Assembly (NCBI GenBank): GCA_016748015.1
Contig: JAAOMT010000379.1
Coordinates: forward strand, 3,089 to 28,680
Source: Geosiphon pyriformis uo1
Lineage: Eukaryota; Fungi; Glomeromycota
Direction of reading: 5' to 3'
DNA length: 25,592 bases
Within the stretch, counting starts at the first letter, position 1, and the number at the start of each line of letters is the position of its first letter. The translations under genes were made by a program, and so were the position numbers. The notes beneath the pieces were generated by a model, which saw only the letters and a program-made list of their open reading frames with translations, was not told the origin of the DNA and searched no databases. This document shows, piece after piece, positions 1 to 11,669 of this stretch.

Positions 1-347
1 TTTAAATATTTATTTTTATTGATTTGTAAAGGTGTGTAAAAGATGATTTGTTCTAATTAAGATATCTAAAAGTAAGATACATTTTGGCAAACTACAGGTT
101 ATTTCTAAAAATTATTGATTATTTTGACCAATTTCTACTAATTTCGGCGAATTTTTGAATATTAAATAGTTCAAAATATTGTGTAATTTAATTATTTTAA
201 TTTCTATAGTGCAAATTGAGTTATTAATTAAATAATAATATTTGATAATTTAATTAATTAATAAGTAATAATTAAAATGATAATAATATATACTAATTAA
301 TGCTAGAAATTAAAAAAGTAATTTTATGCTAATTAATAGCTAAAATT

Positions 348-866
348 CTACTGGTAATAATACTTAGCATCAGAAAACTTAGGAACTGAAAATGTCAAAA
401 TATTATTATTATTATTATCATTTAAATTGTCAAAAAAAATTTTCTTTGGCTGGCTATCCAAAACATATATTTTGATATCTGTTTTTCTAGACATAACATT
501 GTATATTACATTATCAACTTCCAAAGCATTCGAATCTGTATAGTTGGTTTCTTCTGCAACAGTATTTTTTATGTTTTCTAAGTTTAATATACTACTGATG
601 CTGTTTGTTTTGTTATTCACTTTACTGTTTTAAAACTTCATAGACTTGTTATTGTTAGTAATTATATTTACAAGATCCAAAGAACCAGCAAATGTTTTGA
701 TTATATTACTAACAATGGTAGATTTCTTGAGTATTTTGTAAGAAGTATTATATGAGCAAGTATTTACCAAATATTTAGTTTTAATACCAGACTGAATTTC
801 CAATTTAGCTGAATTAAATACCAATCCATTAGTAGAAGAGCTTACTAATTTCATAATCACAAACAA
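348..866 (-). pseudogene. Eroded LINE ORF1 N-terminal relic (divergent subfamily)
   Basis: Two consecutive minus-strand ORFs in the same frame (866-630, 620-348). The segment ...NTVAEETNY...MSRKTDIKIYVLDSQPKKIFFDNLNDNNNNNIL parallels the copy A ORF1 N-terminus (...YLIEKTSF...MSKEPSVKTKKALHKPLEKIKFSGCNSDNNVFL). It is preceded on the minus strand by a T-rich leader containing TTTTTTCAACA, as in the copy A 5'UTR. Confidence 0.55.
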
Positions 867-2121
867 AAATATGTTGAAAAAAATAACTGTAAAAGTAAAA
901 AAGATAGAAAGTAAAAAAAATTTATCTTTTTAATATATTCTAGCTTTTTATTATAACTAAGTGATTAACAAAAAAAAATAATTTAACTATATATTTATTA
1001 AACAAATTAATTTTTATAAGTAAAATTTTAAAAATTTTATAATTAATTCTAAAAATAAGTAAATAAAACATAAAATAATAATAAACTATTATTATATTTT
1101 TAAATTTTTTAGAAAAATTAAACAGTTATAATTTTAAAATTAATTATATATATTAATTTTTACAAATTTAATTTACTTTTTTAATAAAATTTTATTATTA
1201 TTATATTTATTATTCTTAATAATCTTTTTTTTTGTTATTTATTTATTTAAATTTATAACATAAAAATAGTTTTTTTTATAAAGCTATCAAAATTTATTTT
1301 ATTTTTTATTGTATAAATAATTATTTATATCTACTATAATAATCAAAAAAATATTGTTTAAAATATAACAAAAATAACTTAAATTTTATCAAACTTAATT
1401 TTTTGTTTTTCTGTTTGATTTATTTTTTTATTAAAAATTAATTTGATAGATAATTTTTAAAACTTTTAAAACTTGTTTCTAAATAAATATTTAGTTAAAA
1501 TTTATATTGTTTATAATATATTTTTTAATTAAATTTATTTAAGAAATAAAATAACAGTATTAATAAGCTTTTATATTTAATAATTTTTAAATATTTTATT
1601 TTTATCTTTAATCTTATTTTTATTTTTATTTTTTTATTAAATTTAATAAATAAGATTCAATTATAATTTAGTATAATATATTAAATTAAATAATTTAAAT
1701 TAAGTATAAATTATGTTTTTTTATATGTAATCAAGTATTTAAATTAGTTAAAACAATATTATATTAAAACTATGAAAAAAACTTTATCTTAAGAAGATAT
1801 TTTATTTATTATAGTAATTAATATACTATTATTATTAATAAAACTACTCAATTATAAAATAGTTGTATTTATATTAGATTTAATAAATTAGATTAATATT
1901 CCCAAAAAATAATTAATTTAATATAATTATATTTTTCTATTAAAATTACATTTAAATTTAAATCCAAAAAAAAAATTTTTCTTTTCTTTCATTCATTCCA
2001 AATTCCCAAAAAAAAGTTAAAAGTTTTTAAAAGAAGTTTTTTTTTTTTTTTCAACATTCAGTACAATAAAACCAAACTGTTTTTTAACTTTGAGATCACT
2101 GTTGGCCCTAGTATTGTCATT

Positions 2122-3906
2122 ATGAAGAAAGTTGTTAAAGATTCTGGCTCTAATAGGGGTTTCAAACTTGTTTTGTCAAGAAAAAAAAGAAAAGGTGTTA
2201 CTTTGGAGGAAGGTATTGATGGCAAAAGAGTATCTACTAAGGTGCTAAGTGGTCGTTTATAGAGTTTTAAAACTGGTAATACCACTGAGTCTGAAAGCAT
2301 TGATATGGAAGAAGAATATCTGATAGAGAAAACCAGTTTTGACTATAGTAAGAGTAATATTATTGTTAACAGAGATCATAATCAAATGTCTAAAGAGCCA
2401 AGTGTCAAAACTAAAAAAGCATTACATAAGCCATTGGAAAAATAAAATTTTTCAGGTTGTAATAGTGATAATAATGTTTTCTTAGATGCTCTTCTGGAAC
2501 TTTCTCTTTCCTTAAAGAGTTTGGTTTCTGTTTCTGTTAGGAAATTTTTTGTTTTGAATATTAGCTTAGATAAGGTAGTTGGAAAATTCTCTTAAGAAAA
2601 GCTGATAGTGGTCAGAAAATTGTTTTCAAAAGTTAATGGTTTTGGGAGAGTCTCTACTCTTTCAAAATTTTTTGAGATTATCCGTGTTTTTTTTACTTTT
2701 AAAGCCAGTTTGGAGCAGACTACAGAAAAGACAAGAGCTATAGACATTTTAGTAAACACCAATCTCAAAAAATCAACTATTTGCTCAGATTGGGCTGTAA
2801 TAATAAAGAAAATTCCAGTTGGAATATTGGCTGAGACTGTACATGCTGCACTTTCTGAATTTGGTTCTGTTATGTCGATCAAAATGTAATTGGTAAGGCT
2901 ATAACAAAAAGCTGTAATTGAATTTGCCCAATCAGATCAAGCTGATTTGGTTACAGCTAGATGGTCCATCTTAATCAAAAAAGATGCCGTGAAAGTAGTC
3001 AAGACTAATGCAAACAAGAAATCATGGGATATAAATGATTAGCATAGGGCTTTGTTATATACACTTCTAATAGACATTAATGCTTATAATATCTGGAACT
3101 TCATTGGCTCTGTGGGTGGAAAAACATATGTCATTAATTGACACCTTATTACATATGTCTGAGCCAGGTGTGCTGTTGTGTGTTTTAACTCTGCTATTTC
3201 AATTAATGCTGTTATGGAAACTACACTTGTCTTAAAAGATGTCAATTTGTGCTGGTCTTACTTGAATTTTGCTAAGTATGCTAAGTATAAAAATTTGGGT
3301 CATACCTTCCTAAACTGTTCTGTAAATGGAAAAGTTTCTTCTGATGGCTCAGCTTGCAAAATACTGTTGGATGATAATAAAAGCAGACTGGCTTCCATTT
3401 ATGCTAGATGTTCTGCTCTAATCTCCCATCCTGTTTCTTTTAATGATGCCTTTTGGGCCAATATTGTTGGTGGGTCTTCATTTTCTTCTCTCTTTGTATG
3501 CAGTGGTTCAACTGCTTCTGGTGCCTCTTTGAAGATAAAACCTACTCCAATGGTATCTATGAAATTGAATGATAGGTTTGTTGCTCTTAAGTGTAGCCTT
3601 GCCAGCCTTGTAGAATGCATTGACAAGTTGGCTAAAAGGTTGAATTCACCTGAGCCAATAGTTTCTCAGTCTAGCCCTGAATGTCAGCTGTTAATGACTC
3701 TTTCATCACAGAATTAAGAAGTGGATATAGTGATAAGTAAGAGTTCAGATGTGGTCACTGGTAGTGAGACTATTGTGGAAGTGGGGGTTTTTAATCCTAT
3801 TTCTAAAATGGAAAAAACTCTGAACAATCTTTCAATTACAATTATGGGTCTCTTGGCCAAAATAGACAATACTGGTTTAGTTTCTGTTATTTATCTTTCT
3901 CAATAA
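2122..3906 (+). pseudogene. LINE ORF1 (RRM-like domains, degenerate CCHC knuckle, C-terminal coiled coil), copy A
   Basis: One reading frame from ATG 2122 to TAA 3906, interrupted only by nonsense codons (8 counted, no frameshift). Contains AVIIKKIPVG...SEFGSVMSIKM and the knuckle remnant YAKYKNLGHTFLNC (3277-3318). Homologous to ORF1 of copies B and C. Confidence 0.88.
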
Positions 3907-6900
3907 TGAATCTGGTTTGGAAATTTGCAACATGCAATGTTTGTGATATCAATGTCTCTGCCAAGCAGGAAGATATTGTTTGTTGGCATATGGAATCTGG
4001 AAATATGGTTTCTATTGTTACAGAAACAAAGTTGAGGTCTAATATTAAGCTCTAAATTATGAATAAGTTTGATGGAATGAAAATATTTTCTTCTGGTTTG
4101 GACAAAAAATTTTTTGGTGTTGGAGTGGCAATCATTATAAACGATTCTCTTGCATGTTATGTTTTTAAAGTTAAAGAGATTTCTGGTCATCTTATTTCTG
4201 TATGGCTTTTTTTCAAGGGCAAGCTGTCAATAGCAATTTTGGGTTTATATGCTAATGCATTTGCTGAAACCAGATTTAGCCAAGCTTGTGAAATCAACTT
4301 TTTTATTGTCAAAGCTGTTAATTTTTCTACATTTATAGTACTAGGTGGTGATTTCAATGAAAATAAATCTAAAAAGAGTGCTAGTTTTAAGTTCTGCTTG
4401 GATTTAGAATTGGTCAATTCCTTTAGTGGTCACTCTCTGGTCAAAACTTCTACTTGGGGCAATTTATAAGATACCAAGAAGATTATTGACTATATTTTTG
4501 TGAGCAAAAATCTGTTATCTGCATTAGCTAGTCATAAAGTTGTTCCTGTTTCTGATTTTTTTGACACTGATCATAATGTTGCTTTGGTTTCAGTTGGTCT
4601 GGATGGTTTCTTAAACACCCATCTCAATGATGCTCATTTGCAGATTAATAGAGATAAGTGGAAGTTCAAGATTAAGGATGTGGATGCTAATAAGTAGTCG
4701 TACTTTAGAAAACATTTGTTAAACAGATTCTTAAAAAATATGGTAATATTTAATAATGCAAAGAATGATAAAAATTTGGATACTATGTAGGAGATCTTTA
4801 AGAATGTAATATTAAGTTCAGCTAATAGTGTGTTTTCTAGACACTGATTTAGTGAGTTTGGTTGTCAGAAAAATAAGCAGTTTTCGAGGTTCTTTAAGCT
4901 AGAATTGCTGGTGGCCAAATTGGTAAAATGTTTGAGCTCAGGTTAGGAATCAGAAGCCATTCACCTTCTTGAAGTGTGGTCCACTTTCAATAGTAAGGGG
5001 GCCTCTAAAGCATGCACAATATTTGGTAATAGTAAGAGCAGAGAGAGCATTCTACAACATCTGTTGGGAGTTAAAAAATTGTACCAAAGGTCCAAATATT
5101 ATGAGTTTAGAGTGATCAGAGACATTTCAATTAAAAAAGCAATAAACAAATATATAGAAAACTTTTGCTTCAATAAAGAATATATGATCAAGAGTGTTTT
5201 GGAATGATCATTCAAGAAGATAGTATTAGACNNNNNNNNNNNNNNNNNNNNCATTGGCTCTATAATTGAGGATGCACTTAAAAAGGACAAGAAGCTGTGG
5301 TTGGTTTTCCAAGACATGTGCAAGGCTTACAACTTAGTTAGATGGCCTCATTTGTAGAATAGTTTAACTAGGATCAAGATGTGCCTCCATTTTATAAAAA
5401 TTTTTGAAAACATACACAATAATTAGACCAACTGTATGATGATGGACTTTGGACTAATTAATAGTTATACTGTTTATGATAAATTAGATCAGAAGAAGTT
5501 TTTTTGCCATTACTATGGAGAATTTTTTATGATTCTCTGCTTTGTGAAGTTTAAAAGACATAAGCAATTGTGTGATTACAGATTGAGTTTGAAATTTTTC
5601 ATAAAAACTAGTAAGATTGATCCTAAGGGTGGCAGAACTTCTTTTTTTGCAGCTGGTGTCTTTGTGGATGACACTATTTGGATTGGAAACTGTTTGGCAG
5701 CTACACAATACATCTTGAACATTGCAAGTGAATTCTTTTTAATCAATGATATTTCTATTAATACAGACAAAACAGTCACCATTCCTATCAATCAAGAGGC
5801 CAGAAAAGTTTTACTGTTTATTAGTAACTCTGAAATTTTCATAGCCAAAAAAGATGAGTCATATTGATACTTAGGAATCTTTTTTTCCAGGAATGGACTG
5901 TCAAAGCCAAGTTTGGTCAAAGCTCAATCAGACATCAAGTTTTTTTCAAATGTGGTTTTGAGGAAGGCTATCACTGAGAAACAGTTTTTATATTTGGTTT
6001 CTGCTGTTTTACAGCCTATAATTGGCTTAGATTGCAGTTCAGTTGTGTTTTCAAGAGTGTATGTGATAAGTGGGACAAAATATTAAAGAAAGGTTTGAAG
6101 CTCAAGGCCAATTTGCCCAAAAATTTTCCAAATGAGGCTTTGTATCATTTAGAGCTATATGGTTTAAGAACTTTTGAACAAGTATTGGCTAAAAATTTAC
6201 TGGCTAGCTTGGTTAAATTTGCTAATGCTAATAGAATTCTCAGTGAATTATTTGAGCACAGAGCCATAGAGTTGCAGGCTGCTAGCTGGATGCTTTGGCA
6301 CTCTCTTAAATTTCCAATTAAGTTGCTGGTTAATTCTGCAAATTACTTTTTGGTTGGTACAACACATGCTTTCAAATTGTGCAATCTATTATTGGGTGGT
6401 AATCTGCTTGACGTTTTTTGGACCAGAAATAGTATTGTAGTCTTGAATGTGCTCAGTTTTGTGTTTTATTTGGACATAGTGATATATCTTAAAAAATATG
6501 ATGTTGTATTTGCAAACTAGCTTTTGAACTGTTATGGCAAGTGTTTTACATGGAACACTTTTTGCAAATAGAAGAAGCTGGACCCTAAAAGCCCAGTTTA
6601 TGTCTGGTTTGTGTCTTTGGTCAAATTTATTATTAAAGATGGCTTGTCAAATAGTGTGCTGTTGTCTTTTCATTCCATTCTTACTGACTCTTCTTGTGAC
6701 TTTGGTTATGTTGGTAAGTATCTACTGAATTCCAGGTTGGGCTCTATAATTATCTACACGAATAGTTTCATTAAAAATTTGGGTTTGTTGATAGCTCATA
6801 GTGGTGCCACCACCTATTTTTTAAATGTAAACACTAGTGTTGGAGTTAAGATAGATGGGTTGCTGTCATTAATTCTGGTAAAACTGCAGGCTATCACACT

Positions 6901-8043
6901 TGTTTTAGAGTATGTGCCTACTTCTTGATCTGTTGACTTGTATATGGACAGCCAAGCTTTACTGAATTTGTGCAAGTCTGCTGGTAGTATGGTTGATTCT
7001 AACATTTGCGACAAATGCTGGATTGAAAAGGAACATATTTGCCGTGTTATTTCCAAAAAAGATTTGTCAATTACTTGAAATAAGGTTAAAGACTATTCTG
7101 GTATTGTTGGAAACAAACGTGCCAATTTCTATGCTAATGCAGCTGTCGTTTCTGAGTTCTTTCTGCCTTTTGTGGTATTTTATCACTTTTTTAATGTTGA
7201 AGGCAAGTCTGTTTCCAGAAATACTTGTTATGTTATCAAAAAATTATTCAATACTGTTCATTCTGTTAGTTGAGAGGCCAGATATGTTAGTAGTATTATT
7301 AGTGTGAGTCTCAGTGACTGTTTTAATAAAGCCAAGATCTTTTGTGTTTGGCATTCTGATAATAAGATCAGGTTTGGCTATACTAGCACTATGTCGACAA
7401 CATTTTGGTCATATTTTATGAAAGCATTCTATCATTACTTGCCAGTGGCCAAAAGAAAAAAAATATATAATTCAAATTATCTAAGTATTGCCTGCATTTA
7501 GTGTGGTTTAGTGGAGGACTCTGATTACGTTTTTTTTGTATTTGTGATGTCAATATTTGGAATATCTTATTGTCTGATACTACTTTGGAGTAAAATAAGT
7601 TGTTGGGCATTTCTGCTGATGGGAATATGATTACTAACTTGCTGAATGAGACTGCTTCTTCTATAGACTTGTTTACAGTACTGGCTAAAAGTTTTGTGTT
7701 AAAGAGTTGGGTGGTTGATACATTAGGCCATTTGGGTGTTGACTCTGGTGGAGGTGCGTTGGTTGTTAATTTCATTCATTGTTTTGCTGAGAGTTACAGG
7801 TCTGCCATTTGGCTGTCTATGGCTAAGTTGAGATCTTATTATGAAAAGTATAATCTTCTGCCATGTGATGGCTCTTCTATTTTTTTAGTGTCTAATTTAT
7901 CTTTATTGTGGTCTGTTGGGATGATCCGGAATTTCAGTTTTAGGCTAAATATCTATGTATGTTTTGGGTTGTATTTATGTCTAACCAGATCAGATTTTGG
8001 TTTTTTGTGCAATGTTTCTATGATAAAGAATTTAAGTGTGTAA
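3906..8043 (+). pseudogene. LINE ORF2 (APE endonuclease - RT - RNase H - CCHC), copy A
   Basis: APE motifs ATCNV, VTETKL, LGGDFN, IDYIF and TDH. RT motifs FQDMCKAY and FVDD (5661-5672). RNase H remnant IYTNS...LYMDSQA...KVKDYSG..GNKRA. Many stops, frameshifts near 6025 and 7535, and an N-gap inside the RT N-terminal region. Confidence 0.92.
5232..5251. other. Assembly gap (20 N) inside copy A ORF2
   Basis: The flanks align to copy C positions 14871 and 15438, so about 566 nt of element are missing at this gap. Confidence 0.9.
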
Positions 8044-8174
8044 TACTGTCTTGATTGGCCCAAATGGCTGGTCATGTGTAAAAAAAGCATAAATCATGCT
8101 TAATTTAGATTGTGTTGATCGATGTATTTAGGTAATGGTTGAACTGCACTCATAAAACTTCAAATAAAAAAAAA
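8044..8174 (+). other. LINE 3'UTR plus short poly(A), copy A
   Basis: Aligns to the copy C 3'UTR (TGGCCCRARTGGCTGGTCAYGTGTA...TTTAGAT...GATGTAT..TAGGT...CACTCAT) and ends in A9. Confidence 0.85.
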
Positions 8175-8502
8175 TTTAAATACTATATTCATAAAAAACT
8201 GATTTATAGTTTTATTAAAAATAAATTCTATTATAAGTAAACTTAATAAATATAATTATAATATTTAATATTTATAATTTGGGAAAAAAGAGCTATTTTA
8301 AAAGAAAAAATAAAAACTTAAAGATCTGGTAGCTGTATTTATTTTTAAATAAATAAATTAATTAATTTTTAAAAGTTTATTACAATTTAGTTTTATCTAT
8401 TAAGTTTTTAGTTATAAAACACAAAAATATTGTTTTAATAATTGTATTTTATAATTGTTTTATCTTGTATTAATTGATTACAATTATTAAAATCTAATAA
8501 TA

Positions 8503-8522
8503 NNNNNNNNNNNNNNNNNNNN
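8503..8522. other. Assembly gap (20 N)
   Basis: N run. Confidence 0.99.
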
Positions 8523-8619
8523 TAAATTCTATTTTGTTTTTTTTGTTTGTTTAAATTATTTATTTTTATATATATATTTTAGTTATATAAAATTGTTTTT
8601 ACTTGTTTATTATTATTAA

Positions 8620-10513
8620 CATTCCAAATTCCCCAAAGAGCACATTTTTGAAAGAAGTTTTTTGTTTTTGTTTTTTCTACTTGTTATATTTCACTATTTC
8701 TCTTACAAATAATCCATTTGTTATGGACCTGGAAGCTGCTCCCAGTAGTGGTATGTTGAATAAGAAAGCTCCTGTTGGTGCTTTTTCTGGTTCTACTGGT
8801 GGCCTTTTTTCTCAAAAAAAAAGGGTTTCCCTTCACCATATGATTCAATCTAGTGATAAACATGAAGCTGCTTTGGCCAAACCTCATTCTAAAGAAAATC
8901 AATACTCGGATATGGAAAGTGATTCTGGTGACAGTGTTGCTGGTAACATATTGGCTGGTAGTGGTGATGGTTCTCTTTTCGGCTCGGCTGCAACGACTCC
9001 TAAGACAAAAAGAGTTAAGAGTAATTTGGACTGCGGTTCCCCTCTTGGCTTTTTGGATTATAACATGGACGATGATGATGGTGGTCCCCTCCTTCCTCCT
9101 CTTGGTATCTCTCTGGACAGAATTTGGTTGGACCCTAAAATTATTAAGACTCAAGTAAAAGTAGTGGTTAAGAAATCATTTGCTTTGGATGTCAATATCT
9201 CAAATGTGGAAGGCAAATCGGTGACAACAAAGACTCAGCTCATAAAAAAAATTTTCTCAAAAATCATTGGTTTTGGGGGAGTCATTACCCCCTCAAAATT
9301 TGAAGAAATCATCAGATCCACATTCACATCAGAAGAAAACATGAAAAAAGCTGTATTATTGGCTAGAGAAAATGGGATCATCATGAACACCGATCTCAAG
9401 AAACAAGGAGTGGATTCAGATCAGGCTGTGGTGATAAAAAAAATTCCCATAGACATGCCAAAAGAAATGATTGTTGCCACAGTATCTGAGTATGATCAGA
9501 TTGTGTCTATTAAAGTTTAGTTAATTGGGCTGTGGCAGAAGGCTGTAGTGGAGTTCGCCAAATCTAGCCAGGCTGATCTGTTAGCATCAAAATAGTCATT
9601 CCTAATTGGGAAAGATTCTGTGTGTGTGGCCAAGGCTGTGGGAGATCATGAGACATGGGCTTTTAGGGATCAATTTAGGGTGCTTCTTTTCACATTGTCA
9701 ATGGAAACGACAGCTCATGATCTTGGGACTTTTTTGGAAGAAGCTGGTAGAAAAACTTGTGTTATCAATCATTCATTGGAGACTGGTAATAGAACTCACT
9801 GTGCTGTGGTCTGTTTTGAATCTGATGAAGCTATGGAATCAGCTTTTCACATGGAGCCAATCTTTGGTGGTGTGAAACTCTCATGGGCTAGGTTGGATTT
9901 AGTTCACTATAAATGGTGTGAAAAATTTGGTCATTCTGTCTTAGAATGTGATGCTGGAGTTGTGTCAGCTTCTCAGTCGCCCAAGTCATTTAAAAGGCCT
10001 GCTAACCTGGATACTTGTTTACAGTTGGCCAAATTATATGCTAAAAAGAAGGTTCCGATCTCTTGTCCTATTGCTTTTGGAGGCAAATTTTGGGCTCAAG
10101 TGGTCTCAGTTGCTTTAGCATTTCATGATTCTCATGATGGCTCTGGTTCTGGTTCTCTGCCCTTTGGTACTTCATGTTCTGGTAATAACCTTCCTCCTCT
10201 TTCTATGGTTAATTCCCCTTTGGGTACACATTTGGCATGTCTGGAATGCTCTGTGGAGCTCTTATCTGATCAAATTTCGAACATTTTTCTTCATTTTGAC
10301 AATCTCAGTTTGGTGCCTTCGGCTCCACTTTCTAATGTGATTTTTTCTGTGGGTACTTCTCACCCATCTGTCTCTGATTTTCTTATGGTTGCTGACTCTA
10401 ACTTGGGTTCCAACATAGTGTTAGATGTTCTTTTGATTCAGTCTATTTCTCTCTCTTCTGGCAATGACAATTCTCAATTGGGTCTGAGCAGTTCCAAGGT
10501 GCTAATTTCTAAA
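8620..10513 (+). mobile_element. 5'-intact, 3'-truncated LINE (5'UTR plus most of ORF1), copy B; same subfamily as copy C
   Basis: Begins with CATTCCAAATTCCCC and is closely similar to 11543-13430. Homology to copy C ORF1 stops after ...SSSKVLISK. Confidence 0.92.
8723..10513 (+). pseudogene. LINE ORF1, copy B
   Basis: ATG at 8723, or at 8753 (the ATG shared with copy C). Single frame with TAG at 9518 (CAG in copy C) and TAG at 9593 (TGG in copy C). Knuckle YKWCEKFGHSVLEC at 9908-9949. Lacks the last ~39 codons. Confidence 0.88.
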
Positions 10514-11530
10514 TAAAACAGTAACTATTTTTATCAATTAGCAAATTAAAAATGCTTTTTTAAGAATTAGTAGACTATTAATTTTAATTGCCAAAAGTAA
10601 AGTACTACATAGATATTTAGATATTTTTTTATTGACAAATAATTTGTTAAAGCCCAATATAACCAAAACTAAGTTTGATATTAAGTTTTTTTTAAATATA
10701 ATATTAAAAAAAACTATTATAAATAAGCAATTTTCTTATTTGGTTTTAGCTGTTTTGTAATTTATAATTAAGTATTAATTACAGTTTAGCTTTGTTTTTT
10801 CTGAAGTTGCTGTTAATAAAATATTATAATCAGAAAAAATTTTAGATTAAAAACTGGTTTATTTCACGATTTTTTTAGTAATATATTGCATCATTTTTTA
10901 TTGTATAATTTAAAAACATTTGAGCAAGTTTAAACTAAAAAAAAATTGCTTCAACTATTGCTTTTGTAAATGCTACTAGTATTTTTGGTTAATTTTTTGG
11001 CTATGTTTTTGGATTTTCAAGTTTTAAAATGAGCTTTTTTGAATTTTTTGCAGTATCTAATTTGGTTATAAGTCAGTTTTTTTAACAATTTTTGGCTAAA
11101 TTAATGTGTATTTTTTTGGACAATGGCCTTTTGTTAGTAAATAATTTGCTTTGTGCATTCTTCAATTTTAACAAATTTTTTATGTTAAGTGTTCTGAGAA
11201 TTTCTTTGTACTTTAATAAGATTGGTTCTTTAAAAAAATTTGAGATAACTTTTTATAACAGACTTTTGAACAAAAAGGCAGAATAATATATTAAAAAATA
11301 TTTTATTACTAAAAAAGATTAGATCCTATAAAGCTTATGTCTTTTTAATTTGTTTTAATATTAAAGTTTTTATATAATTCTAATCTTATATTAGTGGTAA
11401 ATGATAGTATTTGTTGTCAAATAAATTTTTAATATTGAAAAAATGTTTGCATAAGATCTGGTTAAATAAAATTAATATATATATTAAGAAGTCTTTAAAG
11501 AATTTAGGTTTTTCTGCTATTACTAATAAA
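10514..11530 (+). pseudogene. Heavily AT-eroded LINE ORF2 fragment (end of RT to start of RNase H), relic D
   Basis: Manual translation KTVTIFIN..IKNAFLRISRLLILIAKSKVLHRYLDIFLLTNNLLKP matches copy C KTVAIPIN...ISGAPISIAKKGESHRYLGIFLSSEGLSKP. Further matches: LYNLKTFEQV, KRLDP, and INIYIKKSLKNLG (eroded VYTDGSL..LG). Confidence 0.85.
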
Positions 11531-11669
11531 GGCTCTCCTTTGTCCCAAATTCCTAAAAAAGAGTCATATTTTAAAAGTAGTTTTTTTTTTTTCTCACTTG
11601 CTGTATCTCAACATTTCTCTTACAAATAATCCTTTTATTGTGGATTTGGAAGCTGCTTCTGGCAGTAGT

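Larger units (their letters stand above)
1994..8174 (+). mobile_element. Near full-length inactivated non-LTR retrotransposon (LINE with RNase H), copy A
   Basis: 5' motif CATTCCAAATTCCC, T-rich leader, ORF1 and ORF2 remnants colinear with copy C, conserved 3'UTR, and an A-tail at 8166-8174. Confidence 0.93.

Noticed and set aside
1954-1963. Possible TSD AAATTTAAAT (1954-1963 and 8172-8181) for copy A
   Set aside because: A pure A/T 10-mer in extremely AT-rich DNA, about 30 nt from the conserved 5' motif. Likely chance.
2122-8043. Alternative genetic code or stop readthrough as an explanation for in-frame stops
   Set aside because: All three stop codons occur, at different positions in each copy, replacing Q, W or R codons, and frameshifts are also present. 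This is mutation, not recoding.
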